A stretch of DNA of 54,605 nt from a virus (Duplodnaviria > Caudoviricetes), in IMG/VR virus record IMGVR_UViG_3300036770_004582, positions 1-54,605 of that record; one strand, given 5' to 3'. This document shows, piece by piece, positions 1 to 9,600 of the stretch. The translations under genes and the position numbers were made by a program. The stretch's first letter is position 1. Each line of letters starts with the position of its first letter. The notes beneath the pieces are model-generated. The model was not told the origin of the DNA, did not search any database, and saw only the letters and a list, made by a program, of their open reading frames with translations.

Positions 1-318
1 TCAGACGAGGACGGGAACCCAATGTATGTAAAAGTCTTGGGTGAGGTGGATGGTGAACCAGCAATGGTTGACTCTGCGGAACGGCTGGTGACTAAGGGCT
101 TAAAGTCTCAGTTCATTGCTCAAGCTAAAGACTCTGCTAACAAGGCATTGGCTGCTACAGACTGGGTAGTAGTGCGTAAGGCAGAGCGTGGCGTGGAAAT
201 CCCTGAAGCCATTGCCGCAGAACGAGCAAAGATCATTGCGGATACAGAGGCTAAAGAGGCAGCTATTGCGGCTTCCACGACGATTGAGGCGCTCATAGCG
301 GCAGTTCAAGGTGCTTAG
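1..318 (+). CDS. Tail assembly chaperone-like protein, 5'-truncated C-terminal part
   Basis: Frame is open from base 1 (SDEDGNPM...). The LAATDWVVVRKAERG...ERAKI motif is typical of phage tail-fibre assembly chaperone domains. Confidence 0.6.
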   Translation, partial: SDEDGNPMYVKVLGEVDGEPAMVDSAERLVTKGLKSQFIAQAKDSANKALAATDWVVVRKAERGVEIPEAIAAERAKIIADTEAKEAAIAASTTIEALIAAVQGA

Positions 319-839
319 TGGATCCAATAACCATCCTCGCCGCCTGTACTGCTGTATGGAACGGGATAAAAAAGGCTTCCGAGTTTGCTCAGGAGGCCGA
401 GGGCGTTTGGTCGCAACTTAGTAAATACGCAGGGCTAGCCGACCAGCTTGAGCAGCACATCACAACGGCTAAAAACAAGCCCCAGAAGCCCAAGCTCTTC
501 GGTAATTTAGAGTTTGGCAACGACACGCAAGAAGCCTTCAATGTCTTTGAGGCCGAGCACAAGCTCATGGAGATGGAGAAGGAAATTAGGCATGAGTTCT
601 TGTACGGTGCCTTTGCTGATCTTGAGGGTGGCTACGGAAGCCTGGATGGGTACCGCAAGTTCCTTGAAATGCGCAGGAAAATACGGGCAGACCGCATCCG
701 CATGAAGCAAGAGCAAGAGATGATGCAAAAGAAGTTCTGGAACGACATGCTTCTTTATGGTGGCAGTTCAACCGTCGTGGTGGTTGGGTGCCTGCTTCTG
801 TACATGGCAATTGACTTTATTTTTAGGTACGCAAAATGA
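318..839 (+). CDS. Hypothetical membrane protein in lysis region
   Basis: 173 aa with GTG start overlapping the upstream stop, coiled-coil middle and a C-terminal hydrophobic segment. Confidence 0.6.
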   Translation: MDPITILAACTAVWNGIKKASEFAQEAEGVWSQLSKYAGLADQLEQHITTAKNKPQKPKLFGNLEFGNDTQEAFNVFEAEHKLMEMEKEIRHEFLYGAFADLEGGYGSLDGYRKFLEMRRKIRADRIRMKQEQEMMQKKFWNDMLLYGGSSTVVVVGCLLLYMAIDFIFRYAK

Positions 840-1276
840 TTCCCTTAGCCGCAATTCTTTCGATTGGTGAGAAAGTCCTCGACAAAGTTCTCCCAGACCC
901 AGAGGCCAAGGCCAAAGCGCAGGCCAGTCTTATGGAGATGGCGCAGCGGGGTGAGCTTGCCCAGTTAGAGGCTCATGTTAAAGACATGCAGTCTGCCCGT
1001 GACCGGGAGGTTCAGATTACCACCAGCGAGTTTGCTCCAATGCTGAGCAAGATTGTCACGCCCTTGCTTGCGCTTGGTACGGTAGGGTTAACCTTTATTC
1101 TGTTCGGGGTCATCATCTTTGTGGATGTGGATGCCGACTCCAAGGACATTTTGATTTATGTACTGGGTGCGTTGACCTCTGCGGTCACAATGGTGTTGGG
1201 GTATTACTTTGGATCGTCGGCGGGCAGCAAGGAAAAGAGCGCCCAGCTTGATGAAATCATGGAAAAGAAAAAGTGA
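836..1276 (+). CDS. Holin (3TM holin-like)
   Basis: Two clear TM segments plus GYYFGSS motif and basic tail; overlaps the endolysin start. Confidence 0.7.
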   Translation: MIPLAAILSIGEKVLDKVLPDPEAKAKAQASLMEMAQRGELAQLEAHVKDMQSARDREVQITTSEFAPMLSKIVTPLLALGTVGLTFILFGVIIFVDVDADSKDILIYVLGALTSAVTMVLGYYFGSSAGSKEKSAQLDEIMEKKK

Positions 1277-1737
1277 ACCTGACCCCAAACTTCACCTTAT
1301 CCGAGATGACCAAGTCGGAGACCGCCTTGCGGTACGATCTTGACAACACACCCGGGGAGACCGAAATTGGCAACCTTACGATGCTTTGTGAAAAAGTGCT
1401 GCAGCCCGTCCGGGACTACTTCGGTATGGGTGTTAAGGTCAACTCCGGATTCCGGCACCCGCTGGTCAATGCTAAGGTGGGCGGCTCCGCGACCTCAGAT
1501 CATTGCAAAGGGTTCGCGGCGGATATTGAGATTCCGGGGATAGCCAACGCTCAACTCGCCGAATGGATCGAGTACAACTGTGACTTCACACAGTTGATTT
1601 TGGAGTTCTATACCCCTGGGATACCCGATTCGGGATGGGTCCACGTGTCCTATAATCCCGAGAACTTAAAGAAACAGGTATTAACCGCAGTCAAGCGGGA
1701 CGGGAAGACCGTTTACCTGCCCGGGCTAGAGGCTTAA
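1273..1737 (+). CDS. Endolysin, peptidase M15A (Zn D-Ala-D-Ala carboxypeptidase family)
   Basis: NFTLSE start, SGFR...NAKVGG..TSDHCKGFAADI and GWVHVSY zinc-peptidase motifs. Confidence 0.88.
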   Translation: MNLTPNFTLSEMTKSETALRYDLDNTPGETEIGNLTMLCEKVLQPVRDYFGMGVKVNSGFRHPLVNAKVGGSATSDHCKGFAADIEIPGIANAQLAEWIEYNCDFTQLILEFYTPGIPDSGWVHVSYNPENLKKQVLTAVKRDGKTVYLPGLEA

Positions 1738-1752
1738 AAAAGGAGCGTGGAT

Positions 1753-1914
1753 ATGGACAAGGTACAGCTTTCGACGGGGTTAGTGAACACTATCGTTCAA
1801 TACCTCGCTAATAGACCGTATATAGAGGTTGCTGGTATAATAGAACGTGTGCAACAGGAGCTAAAACCTAAGGAGGCCCCGGATGGCGGACAAGTGGATT
1901 CAGAAGGCAATTAA
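1753..1914 (+). CDS. Small hypothetical protein (53 aa; not in ORF track)
   Basis: AGGAG RBS upstream; translates MDKVQLSTGLVNTIVQYLANRPYIEVAGIIERVQQEL... Confidence 0.6.
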   Translation: MDKVQLSTGLVNTIVQYLANRPYIEVAGIIERVQQELKPKEAPDGGQVDSEGN

Positions 1915-2056
1915 GAAACCGGGGGCGTTGCACCGCGCATTGGATGTCCCGATGGGGAAAAAGATTCCAGCGTCAAAATTGAATAAAGCGGCAAAAGCAC
2001 CAGGAAAGCTTGGACAACGGGCACGATTGGCCAAGACATTAAGGGGGTTCGACTAA
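1883..2056 (+). CDS. Small basic protein (57 aa; not in ORF track), probably virion-associated
   Basis: AAGGAGG RBS; translates MADKWIQKAIKKPGALHRALDVPMGKKIPASKLNKAAKAPGKLGQRARLAKTLRGFD. Confidence 0.7.
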   Translation: MADKWIQKAIKKPGALHRALDVPMGKKIPASKLNKAAKAPGKLGQRARLAKTLRGFD

Positions 2057-2235
2057 TGGAGCAGACCAGTAACTTGATGATCGAGGAGAGCATGGCTCGA
2101 ATCGACAAGCACGAGGCGATCTGCGAGATCCGGTATGACCAGATCAACGCACGCCTTAAACGCATTGAGCAGATCCTAATGGGATCGGTGGCCTTCTTGG
2201 TTACCATTCTGCTCACGCTCGTTTTAAAAATGTAA
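2056..2235 (+). CDS. Small coiled-coil plus C-terminal TM protein (59 aa; possible lysis accessory)
   Basis: TAATG coupling; translates MEQTSNL...HEAICEIRYDQINARLKRIEQILMGSVAFLVTILLTLVLKM. Confidence 0.65.
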   Translation: MEQTSNLMIEESMARIDKHEAICEIRYDQINARLKRIEQILMGSVAFLVTILLTLVLKM

Positions 2236-2246
2236 GGAGACCCATT

Positions 2247-2882
2247 ATGGTTGCCGCTGTGGTGATGACGTACGACTCGCTGGTAGCGGATATCGAGTCG
2301 TATTTGGAACGGACGGACGCCGCAACGGTGGACAAGATCCCGACTTTTATCATGCTCGCGGAACAACAGATCGCGACGCAGATAAAGTTTCTTGGAAACC
2401 TTACCGTAAACGAGAGCACGATGGTGCAGGGTGACCCAGTAATAGCCAAGCCCGCGCGGTGGCACAAATCTGTTTCCTTTAACGTGGTCGTGAATGGTGT
2501 CCGTCAGCCTGTGTTGTTGCGTAAGTACGAGTATATCCGTGAGTATTGGCCTAACGCCACACTAACCGATGTTCCTAAATTTTATTGCGACTACGACTAC
2601 GAGCACTGGCTTATCGGTCCTACGCCGGCCGATGACTACACTTTCGAAGTGCTCTACTACGAGCGCGTGCAACCGTTAGACTCTTCGAACCAGAGTAATT
2701 GGTTCACCCAGTATGCCCCTCAGGCATTGCTCTACGGGTCACTCCTGCAGGCAATGCCTTTCCTTAAAAATGATGAGCGCATCCCAATGTGGCGGGCTGA
2801 GTACGATATCGCTATGTCGTCACTCAAGACCGAAGACACACTCCGGATCGCTGATCGCCAAGCCATAGCGGTGGACTCATGA
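2247..2882 (+). CDS. Head-tail adaptor protein
   Basis: MTYDSLVADIESYLER..., IGPTP, NWFTQYAPQALLYGSLLQA motifs resemble podovirus-type adaptors; AAGGAG RBS. Confidence 0.7.
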   Translation: MVAAVVMTYDSLVADIESYLERTDAATVDKIPTFIMLAEQQIATQIKFLGNLTVNESTMVQGDPVIAKPARWHKSVSFNVVVNGVRQPVLLRKYEYIREYWPNATLTDVPKFYCDYDYEHWLIGPTPADDYTFEVLYYERVQPLDSSNQSNWFTQYAPQALLYGSLLQAMPFLKNDERIPMWRAEYDIAMSSLKTEDTLRIADRQAIAVDS

Positions 2883-4126
2883 GCTACACTTCTCCTTTTA
2901 CCGGAAACGTCATCCAGCCCACGGATGTCTCCTATCGTGCGGTTACCCTTGCTGTAGATACGCAGCTAGAGTGGCCAGTCAATGGTACAGCCACCGACGA
3001 TTATGCCGCCCGAATTATGGATGTGGCGGCCACCACAACGGGGCTGGAGCTGCAGATGCCGCCGGCAAACCAGACCTCGGTGGGCAACGACGCCCTGATC
3101 CGCAATACCGGCGCGAACGCCTTCACGGTTACGGACTATGCCGGTGGCAACACGATCATCGCGGTCGGGGCCGGCGAGACCAAGTATATCTACATCACGG
3201 CCAATCCCGATGAGGAGGGTACTTGGGGGAACATCGCCTTTGGCGTTGGATCTTCGTCTGCTGATGCCGCGACCCTTGCCGGGTACGGATTGCTTGCGAC
3301 CTCCACGACCCTTAATCAGTCGCACCCCATTACGACTTTTTCGTCTAATGTCACCGCAACGGCGGCTTTCCGAGCGCAAGCCTACGTTTGGACGGGTGGC
3401 GCCGGCACGCTAACCCTTACCGCATCAAGTGCACTTGGTAACAACTGGTTCGTGCTACTTCGAAACGCAGGAAGTGGTAATTTAACGGTTGCCCCTTCCG
3501 GCGGTGACCTGATTAACGGTTCAGCATCCATCGACCTTGCGCCAACGGACTCATGTTTTGTGTGTTGCTCTGGAACGGCATTTTTCACCGTAGGTCTCGG
3601 AAAGTCCACCCAGTTCAACTTCACCCAGCTAACCAAGGCGGTAACCTCTGGCTCCGTGACTTTAACGGCTACTGAGGCCGCAAACGTCATTCAGAAGTAC
3701 ACCGGCACGCTCTCCGGCAATGTAACAGTCACGATTCCTCAGGTCATTCAGATCTACTACATTACGAACCAAACGGATGGAACCGGTGCGGGATATGACA
3801 TTTCGTTTACAACCGGTCTATCAGGCGCTACCAATGCAACAGTTCCAGCGGGTCAACAGGTAATCCTGCTGTGTGACTCGGTTAACGTCTTCAATGCCTC
3901 CACGGTAGCTGCCGGTGCTTCAACGCTCGCCCTGTCCAATGGTACGGTGAGCACCCCGTCGTTAAGCTTTGCAGCGGAGGGAAATACGGGCGTATATCGC
4001 CCAGCCTCTAATGAATTTGGCATCACGATTGCCGGAACTCAACGCGTCAATGTTACGGCAACAGGTATTGATGTGACGGGTACGGGCATCTTCTCGGGTG
4101 GTGTCTCAGGCGGCACATTTACATGA
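2879..4126 (+). CDS. Tail/virion structural protein
   Basis: T/G/A-rich beta-type sequence with GTVSTPSLSF...NTGVY tail-fibre motif; ends SGGTFT. Confidence 0.7.
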   Translation: MSYTSPFTGNVIQPTDVSYRAVTLAVDTQLEWPVNGTATDDYAARIMDVAATTTGLELQMPPANQTSVGNDALIRNTGANAFTVTDYAGGNTIIAVGAGETKYIYITANPDEEGTWGNIAFGVGSSSADAATLAGYGLLATSTTLNQSHPITTFSSNVTATAAFRAQAYVWTGGAGTLTLTASSALGNNWFVLLRNAGSGNLTVAPSGGDLINGSASIDLAPTDSCFVCCSGTAFFTVGLGKSTQFNFTQLTKAVTSGSVTLTATEAANVIQKYTGTLSGNVTVTIPQVIQIYYITNQTDGTGAGYDISFTTGLSGATNATVPAGQQVILLCDSVNVFNASTVAAGASTLALSNGTVSTPSLSFAAEGNTGVYRPASNEFGITIAGTQRVNVTATGIDVTGTGIFSGGVSGGTFT

Positions 4127-6354
4127 CAAAGAAAGTATTCGCACTGGATACAAAACCCGGTATACAGCGGGATGGAACGGTGTTCGACAAGAGCTTCTAT
4201 ACCGCCGGCCGGTGGGTACGCTTTCAGCGCGGTCGACCAAGGAAGATCTTCGGGTATCGAGTGATTTCGAACCAAATGAGAGGACCGTCTCGCGGGATGT
4301 GGGTGTATCCACAAAATTTATTCAACGGCGTGTTTAGTGGTTACAGCGATGGGTTACAAGAACTCGTGATGGACGACAACGGTGTCGGCTCAGGGATTAC
4401 AGACTTCACACTTTCTAATTTTACCGCGAACTCAAATAATCTCTGGCAGTTCGACGGTTTCTTTAACGTTACCGGCGGAGTTCAAGATCTTGTAGCCCAC
4501 CCCGGTCAGAACCTCACGGCTATTGACAGTACGGTAAATACTTCAGTGTTGATCGGGGATATCAACGGATCAACGATGTCGAAGATCGGCGTTTTTACCG
4601 ATTCCGTTACCACCACAAATGGTTCGCCGGTCGTAACACTGGCGACGATAAATATTCGCATTGGCGCTGGACAGGTGGTGACTGGTACCGGTATTCCGGC
4701 CGACACCCGGGTCGAATCGGTGTCGGGTCTGAACGTAACGTTGACCGACAATGCCACGGCGAGTGCTACGGTGACCGCGACTTTCGACAACGAGGTGGAC
4801 GTCTCGGGTGGTATCGTAGCGCTCCACCCTTACGTTTTTGTCTTTGGTAATGACGGCCTGATTCGCAATTGTGCGGCAGGCGACCCTCTAGACTGGGTCT
4901 CCGCCGACGCCAATGCAGTGAACGTGGCTACGGGCAAGATCGTGCAGGGATTACCCGTTAGAGGCGGTTCGAACTCGCCTTCGGGGCTGTTCTGGAGCTT
5001 GGATTCGCTAATCCGTGTATCTTACGCACCACAGACGCTAGGAGTGTCTGGAACAGGTAATTTTGGTGCTACGAATTTTTGGCGTTACGACATCATATCC
5101 TCGCAGACTTCAATCCTTTCGTCCCAGTGTGTTATCGAGTACGACGGCATTTACTACTGGATCGGCGTTGACCGGTTCCTGCTTTACAACGGCGTAGTAA
5201 AAGAGATTCCGAACCCGATGAACCAGAATTATTTCTTCGATAACTTGAACTACACGCAGCGCCAAAAGGTCTGGGCAACCAAGGTCCCAAGGTTTGGTGA
5301 GATCTGGTGGTTCTACCCCCGTGGGGACTCGACCGAGTGCAATGACGCAATCATCTTTAATGTGCGCGAGAATACTTGGTATGACGCAGGAACAGCCATA
5401 GGGACCCGTAGAAGCGCTGGATACTTCTCGCAGGTGTTTGCCTACCCGGTAGCGGCCGGATGGGATGCGCAGGCCGCTGAGACGGTTACAACAGAGACCG
5501 CAACGGTAACTAATGGAAGCCCCTTCTTTTATCTGGCGGCCTATAACATCAACATCGCCCTGTCTCAGGTAGTCTCGGGAACGAACATTCCGGCGGGTAC
5601 TCTGGTCAACTCGATTACGTCGAGCAACATCAACGCGTTGACGAACCTTGTTGGCGGGTCGCTTTATATGGACGGGCCTTACACAGACGTACCACTCACA
5701 GGTGGTTCGGGGTTTGGTGCCACCGCAGACGTTACGGTCGCGGGTGGTGCGGTAACGGTCGTTACGATTGTCTTAAAAGGAGCCGGTTATGTCGCTGGGG
5801 ATAGTCTTTCTGCTGACGATTCTGATTTGGGTGGTGGCGGTGGGTCGGGGTTTTCAATAGACGTCGATACCATCTTCCCAATGGGCATTGAGATGTCGGC
5901 CAACGCCACGGGAACCGGGTCGGTAACGATCACCTTCTCGACGCAGGACGACATTATCAAGGTGTATCAGCACGAAATTGGCGTGGACGAGATCGACGGT
6001 CAGAGCGTAAACGCTATAGAATCTTCCATCGAGACCAACGACCTAGGGTGGGTCTCGGGTGGCCCCTCGGAAACTTTACCCATGGGTGAAAACCGGTGGG
6101 TGCGGCTGGAACGGGTGGAACCGGACTTCATCGTGTCGGGTGAGATGAACCTGTACATCACCGGACGCCCCTATGCACAGTCCCAAGATGCGACTTCTTC
6201 GGCCTACGTTTTTGACCAGAACACGAACAAGATTGATATGAAAGAGCAGCGGCGGGAGATGCGGCTGATCTTCGAATCAAACGAGGTAAATGGTGACTAC
6301 CAGATGGGTAAGGTTATTCTCAACGCCGATTTCGGCGACGTCCGAGGTTACTAA
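4123..6354 (+). CDS. Tail nozzle / DNA-stabilisation protein with inserted beta domains
   Basis: KPGI.RDGT...WVRF.RGRPRKI N-terminus and GEIWWFYP motif; located after the adaptor. Confidence 0.7.
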   Translation: MTKKVFALDTKPGIQRDGTVFDKSFYTAGRWVRFQRGRPRKIFGYRVISNQMRGPSRGMWVYPQNLFNGVFSGYSDGLQELVMDDNGVGSGITDFTLSNFTANSNNLWQFDGFFNVTGGVQDLVAHPGQNLTAIDSTVNTSVLIGDINGSTMSKIGVFTDSVTTTNGSPVVTLATINIRIGAGQVVTGTGIPADTRVESVSGLNVTLTDNATASATVTATFDNEVDVSGGIVALHPYVFVFGNDGLIRNCAAGDPLDWVSADANAVNVATGKIVQGLPVRGGSNSPSGLFWSLDSLIRVSYAPQTLGVSGTGNFGATNFWRYDIISSQTSILSSQCVIEYDGIYYWIGVDRFLLYNGVVKEIPNPMNQNYFFDNLNYTQRQKVWATKVPRFGEIWWFYPRGDSTECNDAIIFNVRENTWYDAGTAIGTRRSAGYFSQVFAYPVAAGWDAQAAETVTTETATVTNGSPFFYLAAYNINIALSQVVSGTNIPAGTLVNSITSSNINALTNLVGGSLYMDGPYTDVPLTGGSGFGATADVTVAGGAVTVVTIVLKGAGYVAGDSLSADDSDLGGGGGSGFSIDVDTIFPMGIEMSANATGTGSVTITFSTQDDIIKVYQHEIGVDEIDGQSVNAIESSIETNDLGWVSGGPSETLPMGENRWVRLERVEPDFIVSGEMNLYITGRPYAQSQDATSSAYVFDQNTNKIDMKEQRREMRLIFESNEVNGDYQMGKVILNADFGDVRGY

Positions 6355-6602
6355 TGGCCGGTCCACTCGTTTACGATCCCCGGTACCACACCTTCGAGTC
6401 GTGGGCCGCGCTTATGGTCGAGCAGTACGGGGCGAACCAGTTGGAGATCCCTACGCCCTACACCGACTGGAAATCATGGGGGAACGGTCTGAAGGCCATC
6501 GACCTCTTCACTAACGAAGCGATACCCGACACGAACGGGTACGAAGATTGGCACGACTGGGCCGAGGCCCTACTTGCAGCGATGAACCCGAGGTCCGTAT
6601 AA
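6354..6602 (+). CDS. Hypothetical Trp-rich protein
   Basis: 82 aa, translationally coupled on both sides. Confidence 0.65.
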   Translation: MAGPLVYDPRYHTFESWAALMVEQYGANQLEIPTPYTDWKSWGNGLKAIDLFTNEAIPDTNGYEDWHDWAEALLAAMNPRSV

Positions 6603-9600
6603 TGGCGTTAAATCTCTTCCCATCACTCAGTTTTGGAAATCAACCCTCGAACATCACATTACGGTCCGAACCACTGAATCTTGGGCTTTCGTTCGAAGAT
6701 CTGGTCGCTTCTTCTTCCCGTGCCGCGAGTTCACCACTACTGAGCGTTACGAACACAACGCCGGTCGAACTTCCGCCGGTCAATCGTTTCGATCCTGCGT
6801 CGATAGACCCAGCCTCATATGGCCCCTTTCTGCCTCAACCCGACGTAACGGGCGTACCTCCCGCACGGACCTCTACAACACCACCGTTGAGGTTAGTGGA
6901 CCCCGCCGAGTATGCTGTGTCCTCCCCGGGTGGAGTGGAAACGTTAACCATTAATCCCCGACCGGGCGCACTTACAACGGCGACCACACCCGCCACAACT
7001 CTGAATATCGCCGATTATCCTTTTGGCGAGGGTCCGACGATCAAAGAAACTGTAACGCCGGAAGAACAGGAACGAAGGCTCGAACTGGCATTAGGTGCCA
7101 CCGTGCGGCTTCCGACCCCGGAAGATATGGTACAAACAGCTGCATACTCAGCAGTCGGGGAGCCATTGGACCCCTCAGGGGTGGCCTATTACACCGAGAA
7201 ACTTCGCACGGGTGAACTCACCCCAGATAGCTTGGCGCGAGACATTGCTTTTGGAGCACAAAGCGAGACGCAACAACAGAAGGCTAATGATTTTCTGCGC
7301 GAAGAACTTGGGTATGATTATTACATGCTCGGCGGTAAGGACGATGTGGACCTCTCAAATTTTCCCGAAGAGACCGTGAACACGATTCAGAGTATGGCAA
7401 GATCGATTCTCGGGGAGGAGCTGCAGCTTGACCGGGTGGCGGTGTTGGCAGAAAAAATGGTCTCGGGTGAACTTACCGACCAGACGCTTGTAGGCGAACT
7501 CGTGTACAACGCCGTGGGTCCAGAGCAGCAGGCACGGGCGAATACCATCCTTGGATACAATTTGTACAACGTTGAACCCGTCGACCAGCTAGTGACACAA
7601 ATTTCGGATCAATACTCCAACATTAATGCTGGTGGGTATCGCTACGGGGGTCGCGGGTCGGAGCTGGATCGCATTTACCAGGGGCAGGCCAATAAACTTG
7701 CCGATATGGGTATCACTAGCATCTACGACCTCGGGTACGAAGAGATACCACAATCGGAAACGATATATGGTGCTATCCCCTACGAGGGTGGGTATTATTA
7801 TGAGGTGGAGCAAAGCGAGGGGCCGGCCGAGCGACGGTACATTGATAAGGATGACGTACTTGAAGCGGATTTTAAGCCTATTCAATATGTAGACTCCGGT
7901 GAGGGCCTTATCGCCCTGCCTCCACGTGTTCAAGTAACATACGCTACTGATCCGATAAAGTTCCTCACGAATAAACAAACCGGCGAACGACTTACTGACA
8001 GTCGTGGTCGCGAGGTGCCTATTGTTCGCCGCGAGGGCTACGAGCGATGGGGTTTTGATACCAGTGTAAAAGGAATGGCAGATTACGGTATTCAGTTTGA
8101 CAAGGACGGCAACGCCATACTCTTTCCGGTGTACAAGGACACGAGTGACACGGGCAAGCTTGCGATGGCCGCCGCAATCATTGCCACACCGTTCATCCCA
8201 CAGATTGGTGCCTTCCTTGGGCCGGGCTTCGCGCCGGCCACGCAAGCGGCGATCGGTGCCACCGCAGTCTCGGCGGGTACCCAACTGCTCGCTACCGGTA
8301 AAATTGACCCGCTGCGGACTGCAGTGTCAGCCGGGTTCGCGTACGTGGGCACCACCGGGAATTTAACCGGTGCGGACATAGCGGCAGAGGCAGCGGACCT
8401 CACCTCACGCGGGCTGGAGACCGCGCAAGTAGCCTCGACCTTGGAGTCTATGGGCGTGAACTCGGTGACTGCGAATCTCGCCTCTCAGTTCTCCGCTGCC
8501 GGAGTTCCGGTCGAATATGCCCCAATGCTTACCGCCGGTGTAACCAACGGCTCGCTGCTTGCACTTGATGCAATCAGCAACGAAGGTGACTGGTCCTCGG
8601 CATTCAGAAACGGGTTCCTTACTGGTGCCTCGGGTGAAGCATCGGCCTTCGCCGTAAGTAAACTAATTGGTGATGATGCTATTCGCGAATTAGCACGGGT
8701 GACGAATCTCACTCCAGCGCAGATAAACGGCATCGCCGCTCAAAGTGTGTCAAGCGCGATCAACGCCGAGGTGTTGAACACCGGTAACTTCTTTGATGTC
8801 CTTGGGACCACTGCGGTATCGCTCGGTGTTGGCCAGTCGGGTGCGAATGCTATCGTCCAAGCGTTCAGTGACAAACTTAGCCCCAAAGAGGTCGCCGGTA
8901 TGACCTCCGTCGCCCGCGACGTACTTACCACGGGCACCGCAGCTGTCTTAAACAATCGAGACCCGGGCGCGGCTGTAAATGCTAATCTGGTAAACACCGC
9001 CATCAATGCGATTTCAGAAGTAACCCGCGCGCCAAGTCAAGAGGCAGTGGACGAGAACCGGCAATCACGGATAGACGCTGAAGTCAGCAAGGTAGAAACG
9101 GGTGAACTTTCGGGCAATCCGGCCGCAGTGGAAGCTTACCAAAATGCGTTGGGTGAGGGCAAGACCCAAACGGAGGCGATTGACGCCGCGAAGCGAGTGG
9201 TGGCGACCGAGCGGGTAGACGCTGCCGTCGGAACGACTAGCACCACCGAACCCGTGATCATTAAAGACGAGACCGGCGCGGACGTCGAAGTGTTCAAGGT
9301 GCCATCATGGGACATTAAAGAGGGCAAGATCGACCCGAAGCCGATGGAGAACGTTTATCGTGACGCCAACGGCAACGTGTACGTAAATACGGTTACCGAG
9401 GACGGCACCTCCGTCACAGTGTCGGCCCCGCAATTTCTGTCCACTGCCCTCGGAATCGGCGTGCAATCCGCTACCGAACTGGTGTCGAATTTCTACAACG
9501 GCGTTCGTCTAATGGGCGGTGCAAGCCCCGACAGCGCCTTCAGCAAGATGCTGGACCAGATTAACGAGACCGGTGGGAAGATGGAGTCGCCGGAGATCCA

